Shown: one piece after another, positions 53,520 to 64,000 of the stretch
Layout of the letters: each line of letters opens with the position of its first letter
How positions within the stretch are numbered: position 1 is the first letter of the stretch
The notes under the pieces: model-generated
What the model was told of the DNA's origin: nothing
Databases searched by the model: none
The model's input: only the letters and a program-made list of their open reading frames with translations
Assembly (NCBI RefSeq): GCF_006345805.1
Contig: NC_042998.1
Span: forward strand, 182,094,001-182,158,000
DNA length: 64,000 nt
DNA from: Octopus sinensis
Lineage: Eukaryota
Direction: 5' to 3'
Program-made: the position numbers and the translations under genes

Positions 53520-53752
53520 CTATTTCTTTATTACCCACAAGGGGCTAAACATAGAGGGGACAAACAAGGACAGACATAGGTATTATGTCGATTACATCGA
53601 CCCCAGTGCGTAACTGGTACTTAATTTATCGACCCCGAAAGGATGAAAGGCAAAGTCGACCTCGGCGGAATTTGAACTCACAACGTAACGGCAGACGAAG
53701 TACCGCAAAGCATTTCGCCCGGTGTGCTAACGCTTCTGCTAGCTCGCCGTCT
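53520..53752 (-). mobile_element. SINE family B, full length with long-tail variant
   Basis: ACCTATTTCTTTATTACCCACAAGGGGCTAAAC...GCTAGCTCGCCGTCTTA. Confidence 0.9.
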
Positions 53753-53755
53753 TAA

Positions 53756-54083
53756 TAATACCGTTTATGATTAGTAATGGTATATGTCTAGTTGAGGGTG
53801 TTTGTTGTGGGTAAGATATAGTATGCAAATATAATTAGAGTAATGAAGAGTAAATAGAGATTAAAGCGTAAATTACAATGTAAATAAAGTGCAAGGGGAA
53901 TGAGGTGAGGAATTAAACTACAAATGTAATTCACATTGTACTTTATTTACATTGTAATTTACTCTTTAATCACTATTTATTCTTCATTACTCTAATTATA
54001 TTTGCATACTATATCTTACCCGCAACAAACCTGTAATCCTCCTCGCCTAGGCATATACAATTACTAATCATAAATAGTATTGT
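53756..54083. mobile_element. AT-rich fold-back MITE (arms ~135 bp)
   Basis: TTTATGATTAGTAAT..GGTAAGATATAGTATGCAAATATAATTAGAGTAATGAAGA and its reverse complement. Confidence 0.75.
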
Positions 54084-54187
54084 TCAGTCTGCCGTGGTGA
54101 TTAAAAAAACTAACACACAAAATATCTAAGAGTATATTTTTTCTCCCTCTGAAGAGGTTTGACTCAGAAATAGGATTTTAATATTTA

Positions 54188-54581
54188 CTAGCAGTATTGC
54201 CCGGCGTTGCTCGGATTTGTTTTCTTTTCGACCCTTTAGAATTGGAATTTTTGAAAAGTAAAAATTTCGCATTATGTAGCTTGTTATTCTCTTTAAGTGA
54301 ACATTTTTTCTGGTTGAAATACACCGAAAAATGGCGATACAGCAGTCAAAAAATTGTAAAAAAATAGGGATTTTCATAGAAAAAAGCACCTTTTTGATGT
54401 AAATAATTTTTGGTGTTAACATGGTCCTATTTGAATTTTTTCTTCTACGGAAGGAAGAGCCAGCCTTCTATCATACTCTCAATTTTGGTCAACTTGCGCC
54501 GCAGGGTCTCGGAGGAGATAGTGTTAGTTGAAGGCTACCAAACCTGCCATACACAGACAACTTCAGCTTTATATATATAGA
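54188..54581 (-). mobile_element. Non-autonomous Helitron
   Basis: A|TCTATATATATAAAGCTGAAG ... hairpin CCGAGCAACGCCGGG ... CTAG|T, with correct termini and an A-T target. Confidence 0.85.
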
Positions 54582-55013
54582 TTTAACTTCACTGAGCTTA
54601 ATTGAAACAGCTGTAAGGGATAATGATCGATTTTTGCTAATAATAAACTCTTATTAACTTCAGTATCTCCATTTTCTTATTCTTCATTCGCATGATTACA
54701 AACCCTGGTTTATATATAAACCTATTATTTTATGGATATTAACCTCACCCCCCCCTATAATATTAGGTGTTGAACTAGTATTTTCTTGGCTGATACCATT
54801 CCTTCATGAGGCCAACTTAACCTCTACTTGAATTATATATCTTGAACTGAAGGATTACTTAATACTTTTAGTAGAGAACATGTTTATTAAACTTTTACAA
54901 GGAAAAGGTGGACAGTGATTTCGAAGTGTCGGCTAACTTGCCGTTCCCTCCTTACTGTCTACATGTATCTAACTACTACTACTACCACCACCACCACCAC
55001 CACCACCACCACC

Positions 55014-55057
<44 letters not shown>

Positions 55058-55639
55058 CACCACCGCTACCACCACCACCTCCACCATCACCACCCCTTCT
55101 TTTCTTCTTCTTCTTCTTCTTCTTCTTCTAATACTTGACAGCACTTTTTTAAATCTTTTTTTTTTATCACATTATTATGACCTTTTGAATGAATTGTATT
55201 TCTGCCATATATTCTATTGGTAATTTGTATTTTTTCAAAAAATTATATTCTAAAACTGATTTCTGGAGTGAACTTTAAAGAGAGCTGATGTGGGAAATGT
55301 CATATAAAATTAAAATTAAGTTTGAAAATAATTTTTCATTTAAAAACAAAAACAAATCTACCCCGCACCCCCGAGATCAGTCATTACGCATGGAAAGCAG
55401 TAAAAATTTACTCGTGTATGTGTGTGTGAGTGAAGGAGAAAACTTTTTAATGTCATTCATAATTATGTAACGCTTTGATAAAGTGATCTTATATATTCAG
55501 TTAACAACTGATAGTTGAGAGTTAGGTTTAGTAGTTCACATCATGTTATTAATGCTGCCCTACCTTGTACCAATATTATACTCCTTTCATACAAACTGGC
55601 ATCCTTGTACCAAATTTAGAAAGCAATAATAAAAATAAA

Positions 55640-55868
55640 TGCATCCTTTTATAGCCTAGCCAGGCTAATGGGCCCAGTTTCCCGGTTTCTGTGGCGTATG
55701 TGTTCCCCCAGCCAGTCCATCGCAGCGTTGCTCGTTTTTGCCAGCTGAGTGGACTGGAGCAACGTGAAATGAAGTGTTTTGCTCAAGAACACAACACCCG
55801 GTACAGGAATCGAAACCACAATCTTACGATCATGATGCTGACACCCTAACCACTAAGCCACGCGCCTC
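55640..55868 (-). mobile_element. SINE family C
   Basis: Reverse complement of 18964-19198. Confidence 0.8.
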
Positions 55869-55984
55869 CACTTAGAAAGCAATTGAAAAACAATTTAGTC
55901 GCCAGTATCTTGGCGCCTATCATAACCCTAAAAATGTTGGTCCCGTGACTACCTAACAAAATCAATATTTTCTTATGTATCAGG

Positions 55985-56430
55985 ACAGCAAGCTGGCAGC
56001 ATCAAGTACACCGGGGACAATGCTTAGCGGCATTTCGTCTGTCTCCATGTTCTGAATTCAAATTCCGTTGTAGTTGACTTTGACTTTCATCCTTTCAGGG
56101 TCGATGAATTAAGTACCTGTTGCATACTGGGGTCGATGTAATCGACTGCCCCCCCCCAAAAAAAAATATCGAGCCTTGTGCTTAGAGTAGAAAAGAATAT
56201 TTTCTTATGTATAAGGATAGCGAGTTGGCAGCATCGTTAGCACACCGGGGAAAATGCTTAGCGGCATTTCGTCCGTCTCCATGTTCTGAGTTCAAATTCC
56301 ATCGAGGTTGGCTTTGCCTTTCATCCTTCCGGGGTCGGTAAAATAAGTACCATTCAAGTACTGGGGTCGATGTAATCGACTATCCCCCTCCTCGAAATTG
56401 CTGGCTTTGTGTCAAAATTTGAAATCAATA
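55985..56430 (+). mobile_element. Two tandem SINE family B copies
   Basis: Heads at ~55985 and ~56215, each preceded by AATATTTTCTTATGTAT. Confidence 0.85.
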
Positions 56431-58224
56431 TTTCTCATCTATTAAAGATTGGGTCGTAGTAAGACATAGGTGAGACTAGTCTACAAGCTGAGTATTCAAT
56501 AGAATTATTACCAGTTAATGGCTGCAGACTTGACTGTGTGGTTAATAAATTCCCTTCGCAACAATTTGATTTCTCATCGAATCATACCGCACGGTACAGT
56601 GTGCTAGTGATTTCTAAAATAACCTCGGGTCGACCAAAAGCAGAAGTTGTGTGGAGAACTGTTCTTGTTTTTGGATAATAGATAACAGGCTATTTGATTC
56701 GAACATCTGTGACTCTTCCCAAGCGCACCGCATATATTTTGTGGACTCCGATATGGATGACAGGTTAAGAAATTTGCTTTACCATCATAAGATCCTTGGA
56801 GCAAGTGTTCTTTGCCACACACACACACATACAGTGAAGGTTCTTGGCCTGATTGAAAGGAAGGTAGGGCTCACGGTCGTGAACTTAATTCCTTGACCGG
56901 ATGACGCGTGCATTCCTTGAGTAAATCACTTTATTTCCCATTGCTCTAGTCTACTCAATTGAAAATGAGTAGTAGCTCAGTGTTGGTGCAATTCTGCCTT
57001 CCTTCAGCTGTCACATTCTGGATGTCATGCTAGGTAGAGGGCAGGAGGGCTGAGAGAGTAATTTATATCTGCTCTCGACTGCATAGGAACCCAAAACAAT
57101 TAACAAAAGCATGGTAGATGTTATCAATCTATGCTTGTTTGCATATGGCTTCTGGCTGAACAATGTTTCCCTCCCGACAAACCTCGTATCCTTATATGAC
57201 TCAGTTGACCACCAGAAGTGATTATCTGAGCGAAGTTATTCCCCAAATAAGCAATCAATACGTCACACAATTAACATAGTCATGACACTTAATATACATT
57301 GAAATGTTACTGAAGTGATTCTTAATGATCTCTTAAATGATTCTTAATAAACTCTTCAGTGTCACTAATACGCTACAAGTAGTGGTAGAATTATGTATAA
57401 TTTGTCAATTAATGATACTAAATACTAGAAATTCTATCCTCAGAAACGTCAATAAGCTATACTACATACACATACTCACACATACACACATACACTAAAT
57501 TATATTTATACACAAACAAACATAAATAAAACAAGCATAGAACATATTCATTATTGTAACCGTAGTAAAGTTTGAGCTATATTTCTGATTATTATCCTTT
57601 TCAACTATTAATTAGTAGGACTCCAATTGGCCAAGTTGCTACGAGTGCCAACCTATCAACCGAGAGATGGATGTCTCATATCGTCATTTCTACATAATTT
57701 AACTATCACTGGTCGAATTGACCTAATTTAAGTGCGTATTATGGTAAGACAAGGAAAGAATTTCGACGAGACCTGCTATAAACAGTAGCCAAGTTTCTCC
57801 CAAATCAGACTAATATTTCAAAAAGGAGACATTTGACAACGTAATCTTCGATACATTAAACCAAAGAAAGCAAAACGAGACGGTTATGGTTTGAGCATCT
57901 TTGATCACGTGTCTGCACGATCAGGGCTGAACTAAGTTAAACGACAACATAGGCATCATGTAATCCCAAGTCCTCTACAAGCAAGAAAAGACAGCAGCGT
58001 GCCACGATTATTTCAATGGCTTATGTTACTAGGTTTCAATAACCACCCATAGAAAAATATCTGAGATAGAATAGCCTCATATCCAGGAGTGGAGAACCGC
58101 TGACTTAATGATCTATCAACTTGAAAACTGGGATGAACTTCAGTAAATCCTCAACATCCTTAGTGTAGAGGTAGAGTCAATGTTAATCAATGAAATCTCA
58201 TTGTTGAGGGAAGTCGGAGGTGTG

Positions 58225-58630
58225 TAGTAAGGCAATGAGTTGGCAGAATCGTTAGCATGCTGGGCGAAATGCTTAGTGGTATTTCGTCTGCCGCTACGAT
58301 CTGAGTTCAAATTCCGCCGAGGTCGACTTTGCCTTTTATCCTTTCGGGGTCGATTAAATAAGTACCAGTTATGCACTGGGGTCGATATAATCGACTTAAT
58401 CCGTTTGTCTGTCCTTGTTTGTCCTCTCTGTGTTTAGTCCCTTGTGGGTAGTAAAGAAATAAGTATTTCGTCTGCTGTTACGTTCTGAGTTCAAATTCCG
58501 CCGAAGTCGACTTTGCTTTTCATCCTTTCGGGGTCGATAAATTAAGTACCAGTTGCGCACTGGGGTCGATGTAATCAACTTAATCCGTTTGTCTGCCCTT
58601 GCTTGTCCCCTCTATGTTTAGCCCCTTGTG
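58225..58630 (+). mobile_element. SINE family B head-to-tail dimer
   Basis: A full copy whose tail AAAGAAATAAGTATT runs straight into TTCGTCTG, restarting a 5'-truncated second copy. Confidence 0.9.
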
Positions 58631-58809
58631 GGCAATAAAGAAATAAGATGGGTAATTTCTTCTTCCACCTTTCCAACGATTTTTTCTTCTTCATTCTTTG
58701 ATATTACTCTACCACCCATTTCATAATATTTTTAATCCTCTATTACAATCTATATAAAAGAAAACAAAAAAGAAACAGACACACTACAAAACAGTTTTTA
58801 AATACACTA

Positions 58810-59155
58810 AGTTTTTCATACATCATCCTGCGATGCACCTGGTCACATCATCAATGGTGTTTCTTGGTATCATTCAGTTTTCGGTCCTTTCAACGCCAAA
58901 TATTGTACCCAATCTTGTGACCTGTTAGTACAATCCCTGGTAGCACTGCTTCTTCCAAAGTTCGCACCTCCTCCTCCACAATTACCTTGAGGCTACTTCT
59001 GCTGCCGCTACAGACAATTTGGTAGCGTTCCGATCTATGGCTCCTGTGACGCCAAGCATATTGCAAGCTCTGTAAAGGGACTAGCTTGGAGGCCCTATGC
59101 CTCCCACGTCATAGGATCACATCTTGCTTGCCACTCATTGCTTTGACATAGCTCA
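58810..59155 (-). mobile_element. HERO/R2-group (REL) non-LTR retrotransposon 3' end, degenerate
   Basis: YRACNMLGVTG...SVAAAEVASR*LWRRR and a UTR with GAAAGGACCGAAAAC...TGATGATGTG, matching the recalled HERO C-terminus and UTR pattern. Confidence 0.55.
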
Positions 59156-59242
59156 AATAATATGTTAAAAAATCATTTATTTATATTTTGAGAAATTATA
59201 TACTAAAATATATAGGCACAGGCGTGTCTTTGTGCTTAGAAG

Positions 59243-59279
<37 letters not shown>

Positions 59280-59693
59280 GCTGAGTAAAAGGTAAGCAAC
59301 GTTTTGAAATCCATCACAATATATTTCAACAGTGCGGAAATTTTATTCATCAAAGTAAGTACCTTTACAATCAGCACATTTTTGCAAACGAGTTACAAGT
59401 TTGTTTATTGCGATAACATAAAAATCTGTCTGGTTACGGAGAAGAAGTAAGGAGCAAATTTCATATCTGTGCATTTTCTGATTTTCATTCAAATCGTATG
59501 GTACCCATTTGTCGAGCTTTTTGATTTTCCGATCGCATGCAAATGGTTGTGGGCAGTTTTAGAGACCATTAGTTTTCAGTCTTTTAACTTCGCAGCCCAC
59601 GCAAAATCAAATATTTCTGATATTAACTCACTTCGTATAAAACAAGTTACTGGTACATTTTGTGGGCAAGGTTATATGAATGTATTAAATTTA

Positions 59694-60057
59694 AGTAGCA
59701 CTATGACCCGGCAACGCCGGGTCATAGTGCTAGTGCATGCATATACAGATGCGTGCGTGCGCACATACATGCGAGTACTGTCCAAATCTCCGACCAATCA
59801 CATACAGCTAGCTGGCATTCAATTGGCGTATCAAGTTTCGGGCATTTTGATTGGGTTGGGATAGAAAATTCACAAAAAAGTCACTTCTATTGATTTTTTA
59901 ATGGCTTTGCGGGGTGACTGGGGAAATGTAAAGATGTGCACGACCACCCTTGGACGGTTTTAAATGACCATAGAAAGTGCGAGCCCTCTAACTGAAAAAT
60001 TATGGATTTGTATAAAGGACACACACACAGACATTTTGCTGTTTATATATATAGAGA
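59694..60057 (-). mobile_element. Non-autonomous Helitron with a perfect 17-bp-stem terminal hairpin
   Basis: 5' A|TCTCTATATATATAAACAGC at 60057. The hairpin at 59696-59732 is related to the 54188 Helitron end. Confidence 0.7.
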
Positions 60058-60321
60058 TGATGCAGAAGAAATCTTGCAAATCATTTATTGTTTAACTTAG
60101 TTTTATAAATCATCGTCGTGAGAAAATAAATAATGAATAACACGTTTTGCAAGATGCTCCAGTGGTAGTAAGGATTTTCTAAAGCCTTAGATTATATTTT
60201 AAAAACCTGAAACATATCTAGATATTCCTTGAAGCGCACCAGTTTAGGACGGCCACTGTATGGTCTAATGGCGTAAGTGTGGTGAAATATATACATGCAT
60301 ATATGCACGCACGCACACACA

Positions 60322-60373
<52 letters not shown>

Positions 60374-61680
60374 TCTCATCCAATATGAATGCGATTACCA
60401 GCATTTTCGAGAGGAGCGCGCGAGAAAATGCGAAAGCCACGCATGAAATTAACCCGCAGATAAAGAATATTTACTCACTAAACGCGGTATTGAGCACTCA
60501 TACTCACTGTCCGAAATAATATTGCGCATGCGTGCGTGTGTTCGCGCGCGTATGTATGTGTGTGTGTGTGTGTGTGTCTGTATGTATACACACACACACA
60601 CACACACACACATATATGTATACACACGCATACACACACACAATTATATATATGCATATGAATAAAATTTTAGTTTGGCGAAGAGGGTAGTAGTCATAGG
60701 TTCGTAAGCCCTCTCTTACTGGAGAGATGAATGCAGCTGATATTCAGTTTGAAAATATCTTCAGCTGGGAATTGAAGTCCCACGTAGACTTGGCTCTCGA
60801 GAGGAACTTGTCTGCTTTACAACACTTTCCACTTGTTTTATAAAGAAATATTTATCTCTTACTTTGGCTCAGGGCCATGAATTGATCGAAAGAGTTATAA
60901 TCGATTGAATCATTTCGTTACATGCTTGGTACTTATTTTATCGATCGCAAGATTAATTACTTACTGGGAGACACTATTTTTCTGCCATTCCGCTGGCCGT
61001 TGTTTTCACTAATATTGATTACTCACATACATACTTCGGCTCTAGACTGACAGGGCATAAACTACTGGTCTGTTTTATAGGTATACGGCTTACGTACACA
61101 CACGCACACTCACACACACACACACACCACACACACACACACTTATGTTGGTGTGTGCATATATGTATGTATATATGTATATATATATGTATATATGTAT
61201 TTATATTATATATATATATGTATATATATGTATATATATATATATATGTATGCATATATATATATTTATGTATATGTGTATGTATATATATATTTATATA
61301 TATATATATGTATATATACATGTATGTATATATATTTATATATATATATTATATATATTTATATATACATATATATATGTATGTATATATATATATTTAT
61401 ATATGTCTGTCTGTCTGTCTGTCTGTCTATATATATATATATATATATAATAATATCATTTAGACAATTTAATTCGGCTTCATACGACTTAAAGTATCGC
61501 GAGCTTCTTACAGAAACCCGTTCCTTTTAGGATCCTAATCTCAGCCTGAAAGAGATGGGTTTCTATTAGAGGCCCGCGAAACATCAAATCGCATAGAACC
61601 GAACCAAACTGTCTTTTTTTTTTTAATGCATGTAACTCCTGCTAAATGTTTTGAGTTACTTTTTCTTTCGTTCATACATA

Positions 61681-61830
61681 TGAGGGTTGCTGAAAAGTTC
61701 CTGGCTTTAAGAGTATCGCGAAAGGGCTGGTTGGAGACCCAACTTTCCGACTTGTTTTACAGGGCTTAAGAAAACTGAAGGACCGCTGCAATAAGTGTGT
61801 TAATCTAAGAGGAGAATATGTTGAATAAAA
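61681..61830 (+). mobile_element. Internally deleted mariner element
   Basis: TA|TGAGGGTTGCTGAAAAGTTCC left-TIR-like start joined to LQGLRKLKDRCNKCVNLRGEYVE*, the mariner transposase C-terminus pattern (W.KC...GDYVE). Confidence 0.7.
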
Positions 61831-61905
61831 TCGAAATTAACTGATCCTACTGTATTTTCTTTTATACACAAGGAGGAGTGGAATAGTTCCTGGCTTTGAA
61901 TAAAG

Positions 61906-62011
<106 letters not shown>

Positions 62012-62568
62012 ATATATAAATTAATCAAAGGACATACTAAGTATGTCTACCTGCTGGAAATTGCAGTCAAAACTCTTATTTAAATCGCCAAAATATAATG
62101 ATAATAACTACAGAAATCAACCGTCCGAAGGCAAACGGGCTAAGACAATCTCTCAGCATACATTCAAGTATTTGGACTCACGTGGACCGGTTTCCGGTCT
62201 GGCATAATAGTCTCACCTTCTTCAGCACTTGTTACCATGATAGAGACCACCCAACTGCAGCTGATTTGTTTTGCACCGAATCATAGCAACCACCAGTGTG
62301 AAAATAATTTCAATACGGAGCAAATAATATACAAGAAAATAATTTGCGAAGATATCATTGACTCTGTTATTTTCTAGTGTAACAATTTAAAAATCAATAT
62401 TTGCTCCGTATTGTTATATATATATAACAACCAGTACCTAACACAACAAAGCTTTTACATGTTACTTTTGACAATCTTTTTCTAAAAAGTGAAACCGGTC
62501 AACTGAATAAACATCTTTTAAAATTGGATTTTCAAACCTTCCCTTCTCTGGATCTTTCATTTTCCTAT

Positions 62569-62603
62569 GTTTCTGACGAAGAGCTCCGCTCGAAACGTTA
62601 AAC
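62569..62603 (+). ncRNA. Minimal type I hammerhead ribozyme, canonical core CUGACGA, within a Penelope-like repeat (~62530-62705)
   Basis: gttt-CTGACGA-a-GAGC(tcc)GCTC-GAAA-CG-TT-aaac. Confidence 0.75.
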
Positions 62604-62725
62604 TCTCCTTCTTCCTTTCCTTCCTGAGCGTCCAATAATACTATATTTGTTCCACGTCCTCACGTTGTTGTGTTTGCTCTTTGTGTTTTCATGTTTGGAT
62701 TAACTATATATATACATATATATAT

Positions 62726-62925
62726 AAAGGGAAAGCTTACGAAAATAAACAAAAGACGAAGGCAGGTGGAGTACAAACAAACAAATGTATTAGTATAGCG
62801 CTCAGGAATAGAAAAAGTCTTTTACGTCTCGAGCCTACGCTCTTCGACAGAAAGAGTCACAGAAAAAAACAAGGAGAGAAACAAGGAGAGAAAAAATGCG
62901 TGTAGGAGCTAACGATCTATCATGG
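62726..62925 (-). mobile_element. Hammerhead-bearing Penelope-like repeat (U6-core family), copy 2; motif at 62818-62855
   Basis: tcttt-CTGTCGA-a-GAGC(gtag)GCTC-GAGA-cg-TA-aaaga. Confidence 0.7.
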
Positions 62926-63155
62926 CGTAGGACGTATGACCTAGTGGTTAAGGTGTTGCACTCATGATCGTGAGATCGTTGCTCTGCGATCACTTTGACA
63001 CCTGGCACGTGGCACACCTTGCACCTGTTCAGGCAACGTCGGTTTGATGGAGAGAGCGAGCTTATGTACAGCACATACATTTGATCACAAATCGTTTGTG
63101 CAGGTTGTTCAGCTAAAAAACTGAACACTCATACATCGTGTTCGACGAGAGAGTT

Positions 63156-63205
<50 letters not shown>

Positions 63206-63433
63206 GATAAAAAATTGCAGAAGGATGACAAAGGAACATCAGTTATCGTCCCAAAATTATAACGATTTCGAGCCTTTAACGATAAGATTGTTCAATTTGA
63301 TGACGTCAACAGCAAATAGCTGCTGGGATAAGTGAGCCAACGTACAGGACGGTGGTGAAAACAAGCAAATGATAAACGACGAAAGAATAAGATAAGACAT
63401 AATGAAAAACGACACAGGTAGTTGGAAGATCTC

Positions 63434-63509
<76 letters not shown>

Positions 63510-63518
<9 letters not shown>

Positions 63519-63695
63519 TTTACGAAAAAAAAAAAACAAAAGACGAAGACAGGTTGTGTAGAAAACAAACAGATGTATTAGTATAACGCTCAGGAATAGA
63601 AAAAGTCTTTTACGTTTCGAGCCTACGCTCTTCTACAGAAAGGGACACTGAAAAAAAACAAGGAGAGAAAAAATGTGTGTAGTGGCTAACGATCT
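63510..63695 (-). mobile_element. Hammerhead-bearing Penelope-like repeat (U6-core family), copy 3; motif at 63606-63642
   Basis: cttt-CTGTAGA-a-GAGC(gtag)GCTC-GAAA-cg-TA-aaag. Confidence 0.72.
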
Positions 63696-64000
63696 CTCTC
63701 TCTCTCTTTATATATATATATATATATACACATATAAATAAAGGGTATACATACAAATAAAGTCTATTGGACATCATTGAAACAAAGCATGTGTAGAAGT
63801 AACGATAATGGAAAATGATGTCCTATTGGACTAGAAGAGGAAAATTGAGAGATAGAAAGAAAGGTGGAAAAATATGGCGAGTCAAGGGCTGGGGGGTAGA
63901 TGCTAAAGCGAGAACCCAAGAGAGCACGACTGAATAGGTCAGCGGACAAACAAGATAAGGAAGGGCGAAAGGAAAAATATGTACACATACGCGCACGCGT

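Noticed and set aside
58820-58900. Possible type II hammerhead in the HERO-like 3'UTR (GAAA…TTGATGA on minus)
   Set aside because: The core is degenerate (TTGATGA) and stems could not be drawn convincingly.

Overview
This is eukaryotic, AT-rich, microsatellite-saturated DNA. Its SINE, LINE, MITE and Helitron repertoire looks like an Octopus (coleoid cephalopod) genome; the species is inferred from repeat families only. One host gene is supported, on the minus strand. A signal-peptide exon (18716-18593, phase 1) splices in frame across a ~9.7 kb intron to a cysteine-rich exon (8895-8639). The downstream exons could not be located and probably lie left of the window. The rest is intronic or intergenic. 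It holds many copies of three tRNA-headed SINE families, relics of CR1, L1/Tx1, RTE, R4-like and HERO-like non-LTR retrotransposons, several MITEs with readable TIRs and TSDs, and non-autonomous Helitrons. The most interesting signals are: (1) six minimal, dimer-type hammerhead ribozyme motifs in Penelope-like repeats, three sharing a non-canonical CUGUNGA core and two set back-to-back in a 435-bp palindrome; (2) a ~312-bp tRNA-cassette monomer present as two circular permutations joined as an inverted dimer; (3) the uncharacterised secreted Cys-rich protein. Nearly all ORF-track entries are microsatellite or SINE artefacts. Coordinates of degenerate repeats are approximate, and family names come from recalled motifs, not database searches.
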